Assembly: GCA_033762915.1 (NCBI GenBank)
Contig: JANRLD010000031.1
Coordinates: 15,442-79,441 of the forward strand
Direction: 5' to 3'
DNA length: 64,000 bases
DNA from: Meiothermus sp.
GTDB lineage: Bacteria > Deinococcota > Deinococci > Deinococcales > Thermaceae
Numbering within the stretch: position 1 is the first letter of the stretch; each line of letters begins with the position of its first letter. Below, piece by piece: positions 33,549 through 43,965 of this stretch. The notes below the pieces were generated by a model that worked only from the letters and a program-made list of their open reading frames with translations, did not search any database and was not told where the DNA came from. The position numbers were made by a program, and so were the translations under genes.

Positions 33549-34049
33549 ATGCAAATTCGTGTTTTGGACGAACCCGACCTCGAGGCGTTCTACGCCCTGA
33601 GGCTCGAGGCTTTGACCCTCGAGCCCACCGCCTTCGGCAGATCAGCCGAAGAGTTCATGGCGCGGCCCAAGGAGGAGGTGCGCCAGCAGCTCAGACCAAG
33701 CCTCGAGAACTTCACCCTTGGGGCTTTTATGGGCGACAAGCTGGTGGGCCTCGCTGGTTTCGGACGACAAACTACCCTTAAGATGCGGCACAAGGGAATG
33801 ATTTGGGGGGTCTACGTCACCGCAGGGGCCAGGGGCCAAGGTATCGCCAAAGCCTTGATGCTTGGGGTGATTGAACAGGCCAGGAGGCTCGAGGGTCTGG
33901 GGCAAATTCAACTGGCTGTGGCCCACACCCAACACGCCGCGCGGAGTTTGTATCAGTCCCTTGGCTTTGAGGTCTGGGGCCGGGAGAAGCAGGCGCTGGT
34001 GGTAAACGGGCAGTGGATAGACGAAGAACATATGGTGCTGTGGGTATGA
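33549..34049 (+). CDS. GNAT acetyltransferase
   Basis: IWGVYV, RGQGIA, LYQSLGF. Confidence 0.9.
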   Translation: MQIRVLDEPDLEAFYALRLEALTLEPTAFGRSAEEFMARPKEEVRQQLRPSLENFTLGAFMGDKLVGLAGFGRQTTLKMRHKGMIWGVYVTAGARGQGIAKALMLGVIEQARRLEGLGQIQLAVAHTQHAARSLYQSLGFEVWGREKQALVVNGQWIDEEHMVLWV

Positions 34050-34882
34050 CCGTCCACCTCCTCAACACCGGCTACTGCACCGCCCACGAGCACATGGTGT
34101 TGCGGGGCGGAAGGAGGGCGACCATCCGCGCCCACGCACTGGCAGCGCTGATTGAGCATCCCGGCGGTTGGGTTTTGTTTGATACCGGGTATGCGCCCAG
34201 GGTGTTGGATGCGTTCAATATCTGGCCCTACCGCGTGTATGGCTGGCTAACCCCAACCTTTTTGTTTCAACCCGTGATTGCCCAGTTGCCCCAGTTTGGG
34301 CTAGCCGCTTCCGACGTCTCTACGGTGATTCTCTCCCACCTTCACGCCGACCACGTGGGCGGGGTTTTGGACTTTCCCGAGGCTAAGCTGGTGGCCTCGA
34401 GGTCGGCCTGGCAGCACGCCAGAGGCAAGACGGATTTCTCGGCTTTGCGGCAAGGGTTTATACCGCTCCTAATGCCTGGTGATTTTGAGCAGCGGGCGAC
34501 CCTAATTGACCGCTTTGATGGCGAAGCCCTGCCGCATCTAGGCGCGACCCATGACCTTCTGGGAGATGGAACGCTGCGCTTGGTGCAGCTCCCCGGCCAT
34601 GCCAGGGGCCAGATCGGCTTGCTGGTGAACAACGAGGTTTTACTCGCCGCCGACGGCTGCTGGCACTCGAGGGCCTTCCGCGAAAACCTCCCGCCTTCGC
34701 CCATACCGCTCAACCTCTTCTTCGATGATGCCCAGGCCAGCCTCCAGACCCTCGCCAACCTGCACCACCTGCACAAAACCCGCCCCGACCTGCAAATAAT
34801 CCCCACCCACTGCCCCGAAGTCGCCTCGAAATTAACCCCCTCCCCCCTCAGCGGGGGAGGGCCGGGGAGGGGGGTGGTTTGA
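34046..34882 (+). CDS. MBL-fold metallo-hydrolase
   Basis: FDTGY, SHLHADH, PGHARGQ, PTHC. Confidence 0.9.
   Translation: MTVHLLNTGYCTAHEHMVLRGGRRATIRAHALAALIEHPGGWVLFDTGYAPRVLDAFNIWPYRVYGWLTPTFLFQPVIAQLPQFGLAASDVSTVILSHLHADHVGGVLDFPEAKLVASRSAWQHARGKTDFSALRQGFIPLLMPGDFEQRATLIDRFDGEALPHLGATHDLLGDGTLRLVQLPGHARGQIGLLVNNEVLLAADGCWHSRAFRENLPPSPIPLNLFFDDAQASLQTLANLHHLHKTRPDLQIIPTHCPEVASKLTPSPLSGGGPGRGVV
34836..34875. repeat. C-rich/G-rich REP-like palindrome at the 3' end of the MBL gene
   Basis: CCCCCTCCCCCCTCAGCGGGGGAGGGCCGGGGAGGGGG. Confidence 0.5.
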
Positions 34883-36204
34883 TCCTCCACACCCTCCGTC
34901 ACTTCGTCGGGGCCAAACTGCGCTGGCAGTTGTTGCAGGGCGAGCGCCTCGAGGAGTATCAGGACGTCAGTGCCCAGCGAATGGTGCAATGGGTGGCCCA
35001 GCACTCCCCCTTCTACCGCCGCCACTGGGAAGGCCACGACCTGCGGGATTGGAAGAAGCTCCCCCCCATCGGCAAGGCCGAGATGATGGCCCACTTTGCC
35101 GAGTTCAACACCCTGGGGATTGGCAAGGAACAAGCCCTCGAGACCGCCCGCCGGGCCGAGAGCGAGCGGGACTTCAACCCGACCCTGGCGGGCGCGACGG
35201 TGGGGCTCTCGAGCGGCACCAGCGGTCAGCGCGGGCTGTTCGTGGTCAGCCCGCAGGAGCAGGCCGCGTGGTCGGGGGTAATTCTCAGCCGCCTGCTGCA
35301 CCGCTTCGACCCCGGCGGCGAGCGGGTGGCCTTCTTCCTGCGGGCCAACTCTAACCTCTACGAGTCGGTGCGGCAGGGTCGGTGGTTGCAGTTCAAGTAC
35401 CTCGACTTGCTGCTGCCCCGGGCCGAAATACTGGACCGCCTCAACCGCTTCCAACCCACCATCGTGGTGGCCCCACCCTCCATGCTGGGTAGCCTGGCAA
35501 AAGCCTTGCATACCCGCGAACTCCGCATCCAGCCCCGGCAGGTGGTCTCCGTGGCGGAGGTGCTCGAGGCCCAGGACCAGCGGCGGCTCGAGGCGGCCTT
35601 CCAACTGCCCGTGCACCAGGTCTACCAGGCCACCGAGGGGCTCCTCGCCATCAGCTGTAGCAGGGGGCATCTGCACATTCAAGAGGATTTGGTGGTGATG
35701 CAGATGGAAGAGGTAGAGGGTGGGGGAAGGCAGGCAAGCAAGGGCGACCCGTCCACCCCCTTCCCTCTTTCCTCTAGGCGCTTCACGCCGATCATCACCG
35801 ACCTCTGGCGGCGCGCCCAGCCGATCGTCCGCTACCGGCTGGGCGATGTGCTGCGGGTACGGGTTGGGCGGTGTGAGTGTGGCTCGAGCTGGCGCGTGAT
35901 CGAGGGGCACGAGGGACGGATGGGCGACATCCTGCGCTTCGAGGGCGGTTCGCTGTTCCTGAGCGACGTGGGGTACGTCATGGAGCAGAGCCCGGTGGTT
36001 TTTGAAGACTACCGCCTCGAGCAGGACGCGCCGGGGCAGTTGCGGGTGATGGTGGACGGGTGCGACGATTTGCCTGGGCTGAGGGGGTATCTCGAGCAGG
36101 CCCTGGCGGGGTTGGGCTTGAGGGCGGAGGGGCTCGAGGTGCTGCCCGGCATCCCCGAACAACCGGCCAACCTCAAGCGCAGGCGGGTGCGGGGGCCAGG
36201 GTAA
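34879..36204 (+). CDS. F390 synthetase-related adenylate-forming enzyme (PaaK-like)
   Basis: GLSSGTSG, FFLRANSNLY, QVYQATEG, QPIVRYRLGD. Confidence 0.88.
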   Translation: MILHTLRHFVGAKLRWQLLQGERLEEYQDVSAQRMVQWVAQHSPFYRRHWEGHDLRDWKKLPPIGKAEMMAHFAEFNTLGIGKEQALETARRAESERDFNPTLAGATVGLSSGTSGQRGLFVVSPQEQAAWSGVILSRLLHRFDPGGERVAFFLRANSNLYESVRQGRWLQFKYLDLLLPRAEILDRLNRFQPTIVVAPPSMLGSLAKALHTRELRIQPRQVVSVAEVLEAQDQRRLEAAFQLPVHQVYQATEGLLAISCSRGHLHIQEDLVVMQMEEVEGGGRQASKGDPSTPFPLSSRRFTPIITDLWRRAQPIVRYRLGDVLRVRVGRCECGSSWRVIEGHEGRMGDILRFEGGSLFLSDVGYVMEQSPVVFEDYRLEQDAPGQLRVMVDGCDDLPGLRGYLEQALAGLGLRAEGLEVLPGIPEQPANLKRRRVRGPG

Positions 36205-36363
36205 CGCGGAAGACGAGAGGGGAAGGGGAAGTTGGGGTCAAGGGCAACCCCCGTGGTTTTCGGGCGGGGCTTCATCCCCAGCCCAAGGCCTTGTGCCCTC
36301 AAGCTCGCCCAAGGGCACAAGAACCGAAAACTTGCTCCCCGCCCCGCTCCCTCCCCTAATTTT

Positions 36364-37713
36364 TCAGGGGTGCAAGAAGAAAAACAGCACCAGCGCGATC
36401 CCCACCGTCACTGCCGAGATGGGGGTACCGTACTTCAGGAAGGTCACGAAGCTGATGGGGTGACCGGCCCTGGCGGCGATATCGGCGGTGACGACGTTGG
36501 CCGAGGCCCCGATCAGGGTCAGGTTGCCCCCCAGGCAGGCCCCGATACTCAGGGCCCACCACAGCGAGTCCATGCGGGGGCCGAGGGTCTGCTCGAGGTC
36601 GCGCAGCACGTAGCTCATCGAGATGGTGTAGGGGATGTTGTCCACGAATCCGGAGATCAGGGCCGAGCCGAAGCCCACGATCAACACCCCCAGCTTGATG
36701 TCGTCGCCCATCAGGTTTTTGAGCCACTCGGCGATGGCGTGGAAAACCCCGGTGTGCTCCAAGGCCCCCACCACCACAAACAGCCCGGCGAAGAAAACCA
36801 GGGTGATCCACTCCACGCGCTCGATGAACCAGACCGGGCTGGTGCGCGAGAGCAGGGCCAGCACCGAGGCCATGAACAAGGCGATCACCCCGGACTCGAG
36901 GTGCAGCACCGAGTGCGAGAGCACGAACAGCACGACGGTGACCAGGAAGACCCCCACGCTTAGCCGCAGCAGGGGCCAGTCTATGGGCTGGTCGGGCTCG
37001 TCGGCCATCAGGGCCTTCAGCTCGTCGGGGCTGGCTGGAGCAAAAAGCAGGCCCTGCCGCCCCAGCAGCAGTTGCATCACCCATATCCCTGCGACAAAGG
37101 CGGGGATCACGTAGGGGGCAACGTGAATCAGGAAGTCGTTAAAGCTCTTGCCCGCGATGGAGCCGATGATGATGTTGGGCGGGTCGCCGATCAGGGTGGT
37201 GGTGCCGCCCACGTTGGAGGCCAGCACCACCGCCACCAGGAAGGGGACCGGCGGGAGGCGAAGCCTCAGGCAGAGGTGCAGCACCACCGGGGCCATGAAC
37301 AGCACCGTGGTCACGTTGTCCAAAAAGGCCGAGAAAATGGCGGTGAGGATCGAGAAGACCCACAGGACGCGGGTTGGGTTGCCGCCGGTCAGCAGCAGCG
37401 CCCGCTGGGCCATCAGGGCGAAGAAGCCGCTCTTGGTCATGATCGACACGATCATCATCATCCCGAAGAGCAGGAATATGGTGCCGTAGTCGATCGAGCG
37501 CCAGGCCTCCGCAGGGGTGAGGATGCCCATGAACAGCACCACCGAGGCCCCGATCAGGGCCGCCATGGTGCGGTGGATGTAGTGCTCGAGGAAGATCAAC
37601 ATGTAGGTCCCCGCAAACACCGCCAGCGCCCAGCCCGCCAGCTGCTCCGGCGGCCCGTGAAAGCCCAGCAAGCCCAGGATTCCAACGGGTTCGTGCGTGA
37701 CCCCTTGTTCCAT
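36364..37713 (-). CDS. ArsB/NhaD-family ion permease
   Basis: SAFLDNVTTV, TLIGDPPNI, VDNIP, GGNLTLIGASANV. Confidence 0.9.
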   Translation of the reverse strand: MEQGVTHEPVGILGLLGFHGPPEQLAGWALAVFAGTYMLIFLEHYIHRTMAALIGASVVLFMGILTPAEAWRSIDYGTIFLLFGMMMIVSIMTKSGFFALMAQRALLLTGGNPTRVLWVFSILTAIFSAFLDNVTTVLFMAPVVLHLCLRLRLPPVPFLVAVVLASNVGGTTTLIGDPPNIIIGSIAGKSFNDFLIHVAPYVIPAFVAGIWVMQLLLGRQGLLFAPASPDELKALMADEPDQPIDWPLLRLSVGVFLVTVVLFVLSHSVLHLESGVIALFMASVLALLSRTSPVWFIERVEWITLVFFAGLFVVVGALEHTGVFHAIAEWLKNLMGDDIKLGVLIVGFGSALISGFVDNIPYTISMSYVLRDLEQTLGPRMDSLWWALSIGACLGGNLTLIGASANVVTADIAARAGHPISFVTFLKYGTPISAVTVGIALVLFFFLHP

Positions 37714-37830
37714 GCCAAGGATTATATGTTCTCTGGACTACAGTTGACGAGGGACACCAGATTCCCGAGCATGAGATAAACCCTTCATGAACGCAAAATT
37801 TGCCAAATTTGTCGTATAATTGGCGTTACC

Positions 37831-38931
37831 ATGCGGATAATCGCCCTGTTGGTCTGGTTTTTTGCGTCAGTCATGGCCCAAACGCCCACCGACGCCGGCC
37901 GCGTACCCCAGACCCCGGCGGCCGCCAGCAGCCACACCGTCCAACAAGGCGACACCCTCTTCTCCATCGCCCGCCGCTACAGCACCACCGTCGAGGTGAT
38001 CCAGCGTCTGAACGGCCTCGAGGGCACCGCCCTCAGGCTGGGTCAGGTCCTGCGGCTGCCGCTGCCGGTCGTCCAACACACCGTCCAGCGCGGCGACACC
38101 CTTTTCTCCATCGCCCGCCGCTACGGCTCAAACGTCGAGGCCATCCGCACCGAGAACAAGCTCGTGGGCAACACCCTCAGCCTAGGCCAAGTCTTGCGGA
38201 TTCCGCAAACCACCCTTACTCAGGCCGCTCAGCCCACCGCCCCGGCAAAGCCCCCGACCCCCCAACCCCAACCTGCCGCCCCCGTCGCCCCGTCTCCCCA
38301 ACCCGTTCCCCAGGCCGTCAACACCCCACCCCCCGGCGGCTCCAACGTCAACCTGGTGCGGCCCGCCGCACTGCCCAACACGCCTGTTCCAGCCAGCGCC
38401 CAGCCGGTCGCGCAGCCGAGGCTCGAGGCCACCCAGCCCGCTCAGCCCCCTGCCAGCGCACCGACTCAGCCCCAGCAACCCCCTCCCCCTCCCCCGGTCG
38501 CCCCCTCCCCCCCGCCCGCCTCCACCCAGGCCGCCGACACCGACTACGACCCCAACAGCCCCCTCATCCCGGTGGTGCTGCGTTACCTGGGGCTGCCCTA
38601 CGTCTACGGGGCCAACTCCGACCGGGCGGTGGACTGCTCAGCCTTCGTGCAGCAGGTCTTCTCCGAACTGGGGGTACGGGTGCCCCGCACCAGCCGCGAG
38701 CAGTTCGCGGCCTTCCCCGCCGTCACTGGGGCCATGCGCCAGGGAGACTTGGTGTTCTTCAGTTTCGGCGGCAGCCAGATAGACCACGTGGGCATCTACC
38801 TGGGCCGGGGCGTCTTCGCCCACGCCAACAGCTACGGAAGCCGGGTGGTGATCGAGAGCCTGGACAGCCCGTACTACAGGAAGGTTTTCCGGGGGGCCAA
38901 GCGGGTCGAGGTGCAGTTAACCGGGAAGTAG
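37831..38931 (+). CDS. LysM x2 + NlpC/P60 peptidoglycan hydrolase
   Basis: Signal peptide, two HTV..GDTLFSIARRY, Pro-rich linker, DCSAFV, HVGIY. Confidence 0.93.
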   Translation: MRIIALLVWFFASVMAQTPTDAGRVPQTPAAASSHTVQQGDTLFSIARRYSTTVEVIQRLNGLEGTALRLGQVLRLPLPVVQHTVQRGDTLFSIARRYGSNVEAIRTENKLVGNTLSLGQVLRIPQTTLTQAAQPTAPAKPPTPQPQPAAPVAPSPQPVPQAVNTPPPGGSNVNLVRPAALPNTPVPASAQPVAQPRLEATQPAQPPASAPTQPQQPPPPPPVAPSPPPASTQAADTDYDPNSPLIPVVLRYLGLPYVYGANSDRAVDCSAFVQQVFSELGVRVPRTSREQFAAFPAVTGAMRQGDLVFFSFGGSQIDHVGIYLGRGVFAHANSYGSRVVIESLDSPYYRKVFRGAKRVEVQLTGK

Positions 38932-39105
38932 GCCCACACCGGGCTGGATAGTGTTTTTGCCGCAGAGAAGGCTGCGCGGCGTCTCACGTCCTTGTCCTTT
39001 ACCAAGGCCAGAGTGCCGGTTGTTGCCAGGGCGAGGTGCTCGAATCACCATGTGCCGCGCACTGGGCCGAAGTCCACCAATTCGGCTTTCTGGATCACCT
39101 CGTTT

Positions 39106-39302
39106 TAAGTGCCTCCATAGTTGAAACGCGAGATGCCGCCCGCTAAATCCCGCAGGGAATTGCGACTCGGGTAGCTGCTTCGCAGCTATGGCGCACGCCA
39201 CTCCGCCCCGGGTAGCCGCTCCGCGGCTATGGCACAAGCCACTCCGCCCAGGCACGTTTCTACCGCATCCGACGGCTCCGCATTTTTACCCTGGCGAACT
39301 TA
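39106..39302 (-). mobile_element. Family-1 MITE-like element with two 41-bp internal units
   Basis: TAAGTGCCTCCATAG ... CCCTGGCGAACTTA. Confidence 0.75.
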
Positions 39303-39517
39303 GATGCCTTTATCCTTCGCGGAACCCCGAACTTCATACCGGTTGGAGGGTTGAAGCTCAACGGCATTCCTACAGACAGATTTATCGGCAATTAGCACAG
39401 CGGGTAACGGTTCGCTAACATGGCCAATAACGCGCGTTTATTGACCTAAGCATACCCATGCGCATACAGTGGGAGGCGACCCAAACAGGTCTAACTTATC
39501 AAGCCACGGAGGTTTGT

Positions 39518-40918
39518 ATGCGAAAGATGTTGTTACCTTTTGCCGGTGCACTTCTTCTTGCCGCGTGTAGCCAACAGGGCACCGACGCCGGGCTCCGGAT
39601 GGACAACTGGATCCAAAAGCAGAGTCTCGACCCCCAGCGCTACATGGTGCTGCTCAAGAACAACAGAATGACGGGTGAGGCACTCAGCGGTTTGCAGGCG
39701 GCGGGCGGTCAAGTGGTTCGCACCTTACCCCAGGTCGGCATCGCGGTCGTGGTTTCTAGCAGCCCCACTTTTGCCGCCAACGCCGCCAAGGTCGCCGACA
39801 TTCAGGCGGTGGCCGCCTCCTTCGCCGAGGCGCTCCCGCAAGCCGTCGCTGAGGACGTAGCCGTGCCAGAAGGCCCCACCGCCGCTGACAACCTTTACAA
39901 CAGCGGGCTGCTCTGGGGCATCCAGCGCATTCACGCCCCCGAAGCCTGGGCACGGGGCGTGACCGGCTCCAAGAACACGGTGGTGGCCGTGATTGACACG
40001 GGCATCGCCACCAACCACCCCGACCTTGCCCCCAACATAGTGTTCACCGCCTGCTACTCTTCGCTGCCCACCTGCAACCCCTACCCGTCCCTCAGCGACC
40101 ACGGCACCCACGTGGCCGGCACCGTCGCGGCGGCCTTCGGGGGTGGTCGGGTGGTCGGAGTCGGCCCCAACCTGGGGTTGGCAGGCTACAACACCTTCGA
40201 GAGCATCCCTGGGTGTGGCGTCTGCTCCTACACCGATTCGCGATGGGCGGCCATGATTGACGCTGCCGATCGTGGCTTCGAGGTCATCAACATGAGCTTG
40301 GGCTCCCGCGGCCAGTTCGGCGGGGGCAGAGGTACCAACGACCTGGCCACCTTCGTGGCGGCCGACAACCGGGTGGCCGACTACGTCATCCGCAGGGGAA
40401 CCACCATCGTCGCCTCGGCGGGCAATTCGGCCCTAGACCTCAACGGCACGTGGATCAACCTGCCCGGCGGCCTCACTGGCATCATGAACATCGGGGCTAC
40501 CGGCATTCGCCCCAACCCCCGCTATCAGCCGGGCGTCTCGACCGACGTTAAGTCGTTCTTCAGCAATTACGGGGCTTCTCTGGCGCTGGCCGCCCCTGGC
40601 GGCGACTGCGGCCTGCCCAACGACTGCAACCCGGCCACCCGCCCAGCCAACTATGCCGAGCATCTGGTGCTGAGCACCATCGTCGCCCCCAACCCCACTT
40701 GCGCCGCTACCCAGAGCTGCCCCATCGGCTACGGCTGGAAGGCCGGTACCAGCATGGCCGCCCCGCACGTGGCGGGCGTGGCGGGTTTGGTCAAGGACGT
40801 AAACCCCGGCCTGAGCCCCCAGCAGGTGTCGGCCCTCATCCGCCGCACCGCCGAGCCGCTGGGCGACAACCAGCGGTTCGGCGCGGGCATGGTAGATGCC
40901 AACGCGGCCACCCGATAA
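39518..40918 (+). CDS. Subtilisin-like S8 serine protease lipoprotein
   Basis: Lipobox LAAC; VIDTG, HGTHVAG, GTSMAAPHV catalytic triad. Confidence 0.95.
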   Translation: MRKMLLPFAGALLLAACSQQGTDAGLRMDNWIQKQSLDPQRYMVLLKNNRMTGEALSGLQAAGGQVVRTLPQVGIAVVVSSSPTFAANAAKVADIQAVAASFAEALPQAVAEDVAVPEGPTAADNLYNSGLLWGIQRIHAPEAWARGVTGSKNTVVAVIDTGIATNHPDLAPNIVFTACYSSLPTCNPYPSLSDHGTHVAGTVAAAFGGGRVVGVGPNLGLAGYNTFESIPGCGVCSYTDSRWAAMIDAADRGFEVINMSLGSRGQFGGGRGTNDLATFVAADNRVADYVIRRGTTIVASAGNSALDLNGTWINLPGGLTGIMNIGATGIRPNPRYQPGVSTDVKSFFSNYGASLALAAPGGDCGLPNDCNPATRPANYAEHLVLSTIVAPNPTCAATQSCPIGYGWKAGTSMAAPHVAGVAGLVKDVNPGLSPQQVSALIRRTAEPLGDNQRFGAGMVDANAATR

Positions 40919-40932
40919 ACTGATTATCTCTA

Positions 40933-40959
40933 AGGGAGGCCCACCCAGCGGGCCTCCCT
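40933..40959 (+). terminator. Hairpin after the S8 protease gene
   Basis: AGGGAGGCCC / GGGCCTCCCT. Confidence 0.65.
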
Positions 40960-41150
40960 GCACTTTTCGTCCTAGCTTAACGCCGTAACTTCCAGGTAAA
41001 TGGGATTGTCCCATTCTTGGTGGACACCGACAGCCGCCCGGTTCGGCAGCTCCTCGAGGTCAACAAGGTTCACGGCAACCAGGCCAAGCGGGGCAAGGAG
41101 AGGGCCAAACGAACGACCCGCCCGACGTCGGGCGGGTCGAAACAAGCTGC

Positions 41151-41387
41151 CTAGGCGGCTTTGGGCTTCTGCACGAAGCGCAGTACGAAGTAAACCACTG
41201 CCGCCACCACCAGCACCGGCACCAGCAGGGTCAGCAAGCGCCAGATAAAGCCCGCGATGGCCGAGAGGACGCCACCCAGGAAGGTGAACAGCCAGCCGCC
41301 CACCCACAGCACCAGCAGCACCGCCACCACAATGAGGAGACCCAGCACAATCCACTCGAGGATGTCCTGTATAGACCGTTCGTTCAT
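41151..41387 (-). CDS. Small membrane protein
   Basis: 78 aa, highly hydrophobic; followed by a perfect hairpin at 41114-41139. Confidence 0.7.
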   Translation of the reverse strand: MNERSIQDILEWIVLGLLIVVAVLLVLWVGGWLFTFLGGVLSAIAGFIWRLLTLLVPVLVVAAVVYFVLRFVQKPKAA

Positions 41388-41511
41388 GGGTTAACGATAG
41401 CACAAACCGGCGGGGCGTTTGGTTCCGGCCCCACAAGAATCCGGCCACGATGTGCGATAAGCGGCAAACCATGAGAGCTTTGGCCGAAGGCCGGCGCCCT
41501 GCGCTTTGCGT

Positions 41512-42189
41512 TCAGCGCTCCACCGGCAGATCCCCCTCGGCTTCCCACTCGAGCATGCTCCCCAGGTAATTTTTGGCCCGGATGCCCTGATCACGCAGCA
41601 CCCAGAAGGCCGAGGCGCTGCGGGCGCCGCTGCGGCAGTGGACCCCCACTTCCTCGCCCGCCTGCAGGCCCAGCTGGGCCACGATACCCTGGCCGAACTG
41701 ACCCAGCGGGACGTTCCGGGCTCCGGGGATGTGCCCGGCGGCGAACTCGTGGGCCTCGCGCACGTCGAAGAGCTTGGGCTCGTTGAGGGCCTCGTCGGCG
41801 GTGAGGAGGATGGAGCGGTCGAGCTTGGCCCAGGGCCGGGTGGGGGCGGGCTGGGCGGGGGCGGTCTCGGTGGCCTGGGCCTCCCAGCCCTGCGGCCAGA
41901 GGTGTACGGTCAGGCCACCCAGCGCCAGCATGAAGGCGGTCTTGGCCAGGCGGGTGTTGAGACCGCTGTCGTAGACCACCACGGCCCGGTCCTGGCTGGC
42001 CCCGAGCCTGGAGTTGAGGTCGGCCAGGGCCTGCTCGAGGTTGGCCAGCTCCTGCTCAGTACGCAGCCTCGAGCGGAAGCTCGAGAGGTCGGCGTTTATC
42101 GCCCCTGGGAGGTGACCTTGGGCGTACTCCTCGGGCGGGCGGCTGTCGATCAGCAAGGCGCTTTCGGGTGGGTTGCCGGTGAGGATCAT
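41512..42189 (-). CDS. Tandem rhodanese sulfurtransferase
   Basis: GHLPGA, GHIPGA, HCRSGARS, YLGSMLEW. Confidence 0.92.
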   Translation of the reverse strand: MILTGNPPESALLIDSRPPEEYAQGHLPGAINADLSSFRSRLRTEQELANLEQALADLNSRLGASQDRAVVVYDSGLNTRLAKTAFMLALGGLTVHLWPQGWEAQATETAPAQPAPTRPWAKLDRSILLTADEALNEPKLFDVREAHEFAAGHIPGARNVPLGQFGQGIVAQLGLQAGEEVGVHCRSGARSASAFWVLRDQGIRAKNYLGSMLEWEAEGDLPVER

Positions 42190-42324
42190 GGGGAAGATTG
42201 TATAGCCTCGAGCAATGAGGAACGGTGGGGGGCGGGGAGAACCACAACCCCGAGGTTGACGACCGACCCTGTTTCGCCCCCAACTTCCCCCGCACCGCCA
42301 TCGGCTTTGTCATAATGGCGCGGA

Positions 42325-43965
42325 ATGTCTGCCACCCTGCCCGCCAGCCCGACCGGGGCCGCCGCCAAAGCCTTGGGGGCCTACTACACCGACGCGCTGG
42401 TGGCGGAGTACTTGGTGGGGTGGGCAGTGCGGGGGGCAGCGGACCGGGTGATGGACCCCTCGTTCGGCGGGGGGGTCTTTTTGCGGGCGGCCTGCGAGCG
42501 GCTAACGGAGCTGGGCGGCGACCCCACCGCGCAGGTCTTCGGGGTCGAACTCGACCCACAGACGCACCAGCAGACCCGCCGGGCGCTCGAGGTCATCCGC
42601 CCGCAGAACCTGATTCACAGCGACTTCTTCGCGGTCGAGCCGGGGCAGCTGCGGCCCCTCGAGGCCGTGGTGGGCAACCCGCCGTTCATCCGCTTTCAGC
42701 GCTTCACCGGCGAGGCCAGGGCCAGGGCGCTGGCCAGGGCCGCCGCTCAGGGCGTACAGCTCAGCAGGCTGGCGAGTTCGTGGGCGGCATTTCTGGTTCA
42801 CTCGACGGCGCTGCTGCGGCCCGGCGGGCGGCTGGCGATGGTGGTGCCGGCCGAGCTGGGCCACGCCAGCTACGCCCGGCCCGTCCTCGAGCACCTCCTG
42901 CGCTCGTTCGAACAGGTGCAGATCATCCGGTTCGGGCGGACCCTGTTCCCCGAGATCAGCCAGGACACGGTGCTGGTTCTGGCCGAAGGACGGGGGAGTC
43001 GGAGGGGACCCGCGCTTCTCGAGCTGCGCGATCTGGCAAGCGCCGAGGACCTGGGCAAGGCCCACCCGACCGGACAGGCAGTGGAGGTCTCGAGGCTGCT
43101 CGAGGGCCGGGAACGGCTGATCGAGTACCACCTTTCGCCCGAGCTGCGGGGGCTATACCGGGCGGTGGGGGGGTCGGGGCGTACGGCGCGGCTGGGCCAG
43201 GTGGCGGACGTAGGGATCGGCTACGTGACCGGCAACAACGACTACTTCCACCTGAGCCCGGAACAGGCCGGGCGGCTCAAAATCCCCGGGCGGTTTCTGC
43301 GGGCGGCAGTGCGGCGGGGGCGGGCGCTGCGGGGCCTCGAGTTCGGCCCCGGAGACTGGGCGGCCGGGCTGGTCAGCGGTGAGGCAGGGTACCTGCTGCA
43401 CGTCGCGCCGGAGGCCCGGCTGCCGGGGGCGCTGCGGGACTACATCGAGCAGGGCCGGCGGCAGGGCGTGCACCTGGCCTACAAGTGCCGCGTCCGCGAG
43501 CCCTGGTACGCCGTGCCGCACGTCCACCGGCCCCAGGCCTTCCTCAGCTACATGAGCGGGGTGGTGCCGCACCTGGTCGCCAACACGGCGGGCGCGGTGG
43601 CCCCCAACAGCCTGCACCTGGTGCGCTCGAGCTGGTTCAGCGGACTGGCGCTGGCGGCGCTGTGGCAGACCTCGCTGGCCCGGCTCAGCGCCGAGTTGGA
43701 GGGCCATCCCATGGGCGGGGGGATGCTCAAGCTCGAGCCCGGCGAGGCCGAGAACGTCCGGCTGCCGCTGCCCGAGCTAGCGGCGGAGCGGCTCGAGGAA
43801 CTGGCCCGCGAACTGGACGCGCTGCTGCGGGCGGGCCGGGCGGCGGAGGCGGAGGCTCTAGCCGACCGCGCCTTACTGATGGACGGTTTGGGGCTATCCG
43901 GAACCGACTGTGCCCTGCTGCGGGAGGGCGCGGCGGGGCTGCGGGAGCGCCGCCGCACCCGCTGA
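42325..43965 (+). CDS. N6-adenine DNA methyltransferase (gamma class, Eco57I/TaqI/XhoI-like)
   Basis: GAYYT (motif X), MDPSFGGG (motif I), GNPPF (motif IV), C-terminal target-recognition region GGGMLKLEPGE. Confidence 0.9.
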   Translation: MSATLPASPTGAAAKALGAYYTDALVAEYLVGWAVRGAADRVMDPSFGGGVFLRAACERLTELGGDPTAQVFGVELDPQTHQQTRRALEVIRPQNLIHSDFFAVEPGQLRPLEAVVGNPPFIRFQRFTGEARARALARAAAQGVQLSRLASSWAAFLVHSTALLRPGGRLAMVVPAELGHASYARPVLEHLLRSFEQVQIIRFGRTLFPEISQDTVLVLAEGRGSRRGPALLELRDLASAEDLGKAHPTGQAVEVSRLLEGRERLIEYHLSPELRGLYRAVGGSGRTARLGQVADVGIGYVTGNNDYFHLSPEQAGRLKIPGRFLRAAVRRGRALRGLEFGPGDWAAGLVSGEAGYLLHVAPEARLPGALRDYIEQGRRQGVHLAYKCRVREPWYAVPHVHRPQAFLSYMSGVVPHLVANTAGAVAPNSLHLVRSSWFSGLALAALWQTSLARLSAELEGHPMGGGMLKLEPGEAENVRLPLPELAAERLEELARELDALLRAGRAAEAEALADRALLMDGLGLSGTDCALLREGAAGLRERRRTR

